Shown here: positions 60,813 through 64,000 of the stretch, piece after piece
Layout of the letters: every line of letters starts with the position of its first letter
Position numbering within the stretch: position 1 is the first letter of the stretch
Assembly (NCBI GenBank): GCA_964658305.1
Contig: OZ210885.1
Span: 5,022,001 to 5,086,000, forward strand
Direction: 5' to 3'
Origin: Leptogorgia sarmentosa
Lineage: Eukaryota
Length of the DNA: 64,000 nt
Made by a program: the position numbers and the translations under genes
Notes under the pieces: model-generated
The model's input: the letters and a program-made list of their open reading frames with translations, nothing else
The model's database searches: none
What the model was told of the DNA's origin: nothing

Positions 60813-63800
60813 TCACGGCTTTAGTCCATGAAGAGCAAGAAACTGAAAATGAACAGGCAGAAAGTACCGTACAACATCAGTAGGAAGTAACAAATAGGTC
60901 ATTTCGAATAATGGTTGCTTCCTTTTCGCACAATCCAGGTTGAAATGAAAATATACGTTTCCCCGCCGCGACATTTGCTCACCATTGTGCTTGTATCCTC
61001 GCATCATGTTGGAGACAATTACCAAATCATGTGGCGGTTCACAGATAATGCCATTAATTTTTAGACTTTGTGAACAGCCAAAACAAATACTCACTTGTCT
61101 TGGACAAGAGTGCAACGAGTATACTAAAAATTGTCCTGGCCGTGGTGTAGGATGATTCGGCATAGGGGTTGGATGACGATCTGGGATAACTGTTGGCACA
61201 GGAGCTCTCAGTTGGTGAACAATACCGCCCATCAAGCCCCTGCCTTGTCCTTGCACCGGCATCTGTTCAGGAACTCTTAGACTTAGAGTAGGTGGGTTAA
61301 CAGGAGCTCTCGGTTGGTGAATAATACCGCTGCCTTGTCCCTGCAGTAACAGCTGTTCGGGAAGTCTTAGAGTAGGTAGATCACAAGCCGTACTCGTGTC
61401 GTTCTGAAACTGTAGTTGCGAGTGATCATTATTTGTGCTGTTCTGTCCCTGGGAAATCTGCGAGGATCTCGACACACTAGAACACGATGCTACCGACATA
61501 GATGAAGGTTGAGACGTTTTTCTTGTGTTTTCACTAGTTCTTTTTTGGGCTTTGCTTTTTCCACGGTTTTTCTGGTTTTCTTTTTTCCCAGAGCCATCGG
61601 GTAAACCATACTTTGCTGTGCTGTGTATGCTAGTGCCAACCTTTTTAGAAGTTTCCAGGAATCTCCAATATTCCTTCTTTACGTCCAATACTAAAGCAGC
61701 TGCTTGAGTATGAGAGCACATTCCATGGGTTGAAAAATTCAGGCATCCTCTACTTGGACCACATTTCAGTTCAACGACATCTTCGCCTCTGCGTTTGCGG
61801 TCTTCGCGAACAACAATTCTTGGGTATACGTCTGTCTGACTAGCGACAGCCATTTGCTTTCCATTGCTTCCCCTTATTGGTGAGACTAAATCGTCCTGGA
61901 CAAGCTTTTCTGCCTTGCCAAAAATACCTCTGAGAACATCGCATGCGATGTTCACATCAGGCATAGATGCAGGCTCGGCAACGGGGCATTCTACTGACGT
62001 AAACTCCGTGGACGTTGACTGCTCGTTTGTTTCGTTGACGACAAATTGAGATGAAGGTACGCATTTGCAGGCCGCCATAAACTTATTAAAATGAGCAGTG
62101 CGCTTTACAGTTGAGAGACTCCACCACTTCGAACCAATGTTGAACGATTCAAATCCCTCTACAAACTGGAAGTCTCCCGTTCCTGCGAAAGCGGCCTCGA
62201 TTATTGCTTGGTCTGACCGCACAAATTCCTCGACATTCTTTATGAATTTTGGCAAGTCTGATGCCTTGTGACGGACGTGTTTTTTGAACTTGGAGTTCAT
62301 GCACTCGCTGTCATTCGTAGTGTATCTGCCCTGTATTCCATTTCTTCTACGAACATCCAATAGCATGGAATCCTTCATAATAGTAGCCTTTAATTAAAAT
62401 AAAACGTAATACTGTTATCGCCGTTTGTTAAATAAAATAATTTTCTTACTGCATGCTTTGCCGCAACATGTGTAGCATATTCATTTTAGTAATATCCAAT
62501 ATGCTTGTGAATTTACACTTGGGCCATTTCAGTGAAGCTGGTGAAACAACTCATAGATAAATAAGATAACATATCTGGAGAAAATCACGAGTAAGGTCGT
62601 TTCCACTAGACACTCAAAATGTCAACTAATAAAAAACCAATCGAACAAGCAGTCTGGCCAGGCAAATAACATTTCAGTCACTTGACAGACACAATTATGC
62701 AATCATCGAACTAAATGGGATAAATTCTGAAACGACTATAGAATATTCCCAGCAATCTGCACTCGAAATTTGGCCAATATTCATTCGTGAATAAAACATT
62801 TGATAACAATCGAATTTGAACTACGTTAATATATAGAAATTATTTGAATACATGCTGACATAATGTTGTGATTCTGCTTTACCTTTTCGGTTAATATCCA
62901 GTTGTAGAAAACAGGTTCACTTTTTCTGGATTCATCGCATTCTCTCTTGTTCCAAACAACCTCCAAAGATTGCAGTCTCGCTTCAAAATCGTCGGAAGAT
63001 TCAGCATCCAAAATTCCTTCTTCAGCATCTGAGCCAAATATTTCATTTAGAAACTTTGCAACCTCTCCTCCTTTTACCCCGAGCTCTCTCAACTTTCTTT
63101 CAATGTTTCGCCTCATATGGATGAAACATGACAGGTGATCTGCCTCTACCCATTCATCTTTTAAAGCAGTGTACAAGTTCACCTCATCATCTGTACCGAA
63201 TGCTTTTATTAGCTTTGTGGCTTGGTCGATATTTCCAAGTACTTGAGGGAGATGTTTGTACGATGAATATAGTTTTCTGTGATGGATGAGTGAAGGTCCC
63301 AGGAAAAGAGGATGAATGCCATTTTGATTTATTAAAGCAAGATGCCTATACACCGTGAATGTGACATAAAACTCGCCAAGGTTGAACGTTGGATCCACGC
63401 CTAGTACAGAATTGTTTGGACGTTCAACACAGCAGAAAGCAATCAAATCATTGATTTGGCGTTCGCTTGCCAATACGCAACGTGGTTCCGGAGCCGCAAC
63501 AACTTCACGAACAAATTCATCTCCTTTCCTTTCGCTTTTGCACCGTTTCATGATTTCACACAATTCGTCTTTCTTTCCAAACTGTAGAGGTGCAAAGGTT
63601 GATTGGGTCCTTCTAATGCTTTGGTTGGTATTCCAAGCCTGCTTTGCGTTACGGCAGAGATCAGCTGAGCTTGTTGCCAACATGTAACCACCACTATTTG
63701 AATTCACCTCGTTAACCGCCCTTGAAGGTGTCAAGTTACTACTCTGAAGTGTGTTCTGTAAGTTCTTTCTCACACTAGCTTTCGTTTTCCTGTACGGCTT

Positions 63801-63870
63801 ATATGCGGACTTTGAATTTCCGTGTGGAACAACGATGACATCGTGATCTTCCTCCTCGAAAGTGTAAAAA
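60813..63870 (-). CDS. Mutator/MULE-like DDE transposase with SWIM-like finger; intron 62388-62882; 5' end unresolved
   Basis: VDPTFN (D), GTDDE (D), CFIH (CxxH), TTNDSECMN (E), C...C......CSH; splice TEK|ATIMK is in frame with GT-AG ends. Confidence 0.8.
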
Positions 63871-64000
63871 CTTGCTTCTTTTATTGTCCGCTATTTTAAG
63901 TTCGGCTGTCATTCGTCGTAACTCGCTAGATGCTTTGCACTTGCCGTATTTTCTTTCTAAAATGAACACATGTGTATCCTCTAACCCTAATCTTTCAATG

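Overview
Eukaryotic, repeat-saturated DNA, probably from a marine invertebrate such as a cnidarian (inference from the transposon families only). I recognise no ordinary host gene. Bases 1-32 kb hold nested, decayed elements: LINEs, BEL/Pao, Gypsy, DIRS/Ngaro, Kolobok, piggyBac, hAT/Tc1/Harbinger-type MITEs, a spliced tyrosine recombinase and a Mutator relic. The centrepiece is a 16.1 kb Maverick/Polinton (adintovirus-like endogenous virus, 32430-48556). It has terminal inverted repeats (TIRs) and the full core set: pPolB, integrase, packaging ATPase, adenain protease, major and minor capsid proteins. It also has a second, inner pair of inverted repeat arrays and candidate host-manipulation genes: Bcl-2-like, LRR-mucin-TM receptor-like, tandem RING, triple GRF zinc finger, double bZIP-like and a myristoylation-motif protein. 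Its ATPase, capsid and polymerase genes are damaged. A second, left-truncated Maverick (~50250-60700) has a pPolB with three short GT-AG introns (two at positions uninterrupted in the first element), a LINE insertion, a templated rearrangement and a 26-bp tandem array. A third relic at ~1.4-3.7 kb places Maverick genes beside an SF3 helicase. The window ends in a spliced MULE transposase. All family calls come from motifs read by eye, not database searches.
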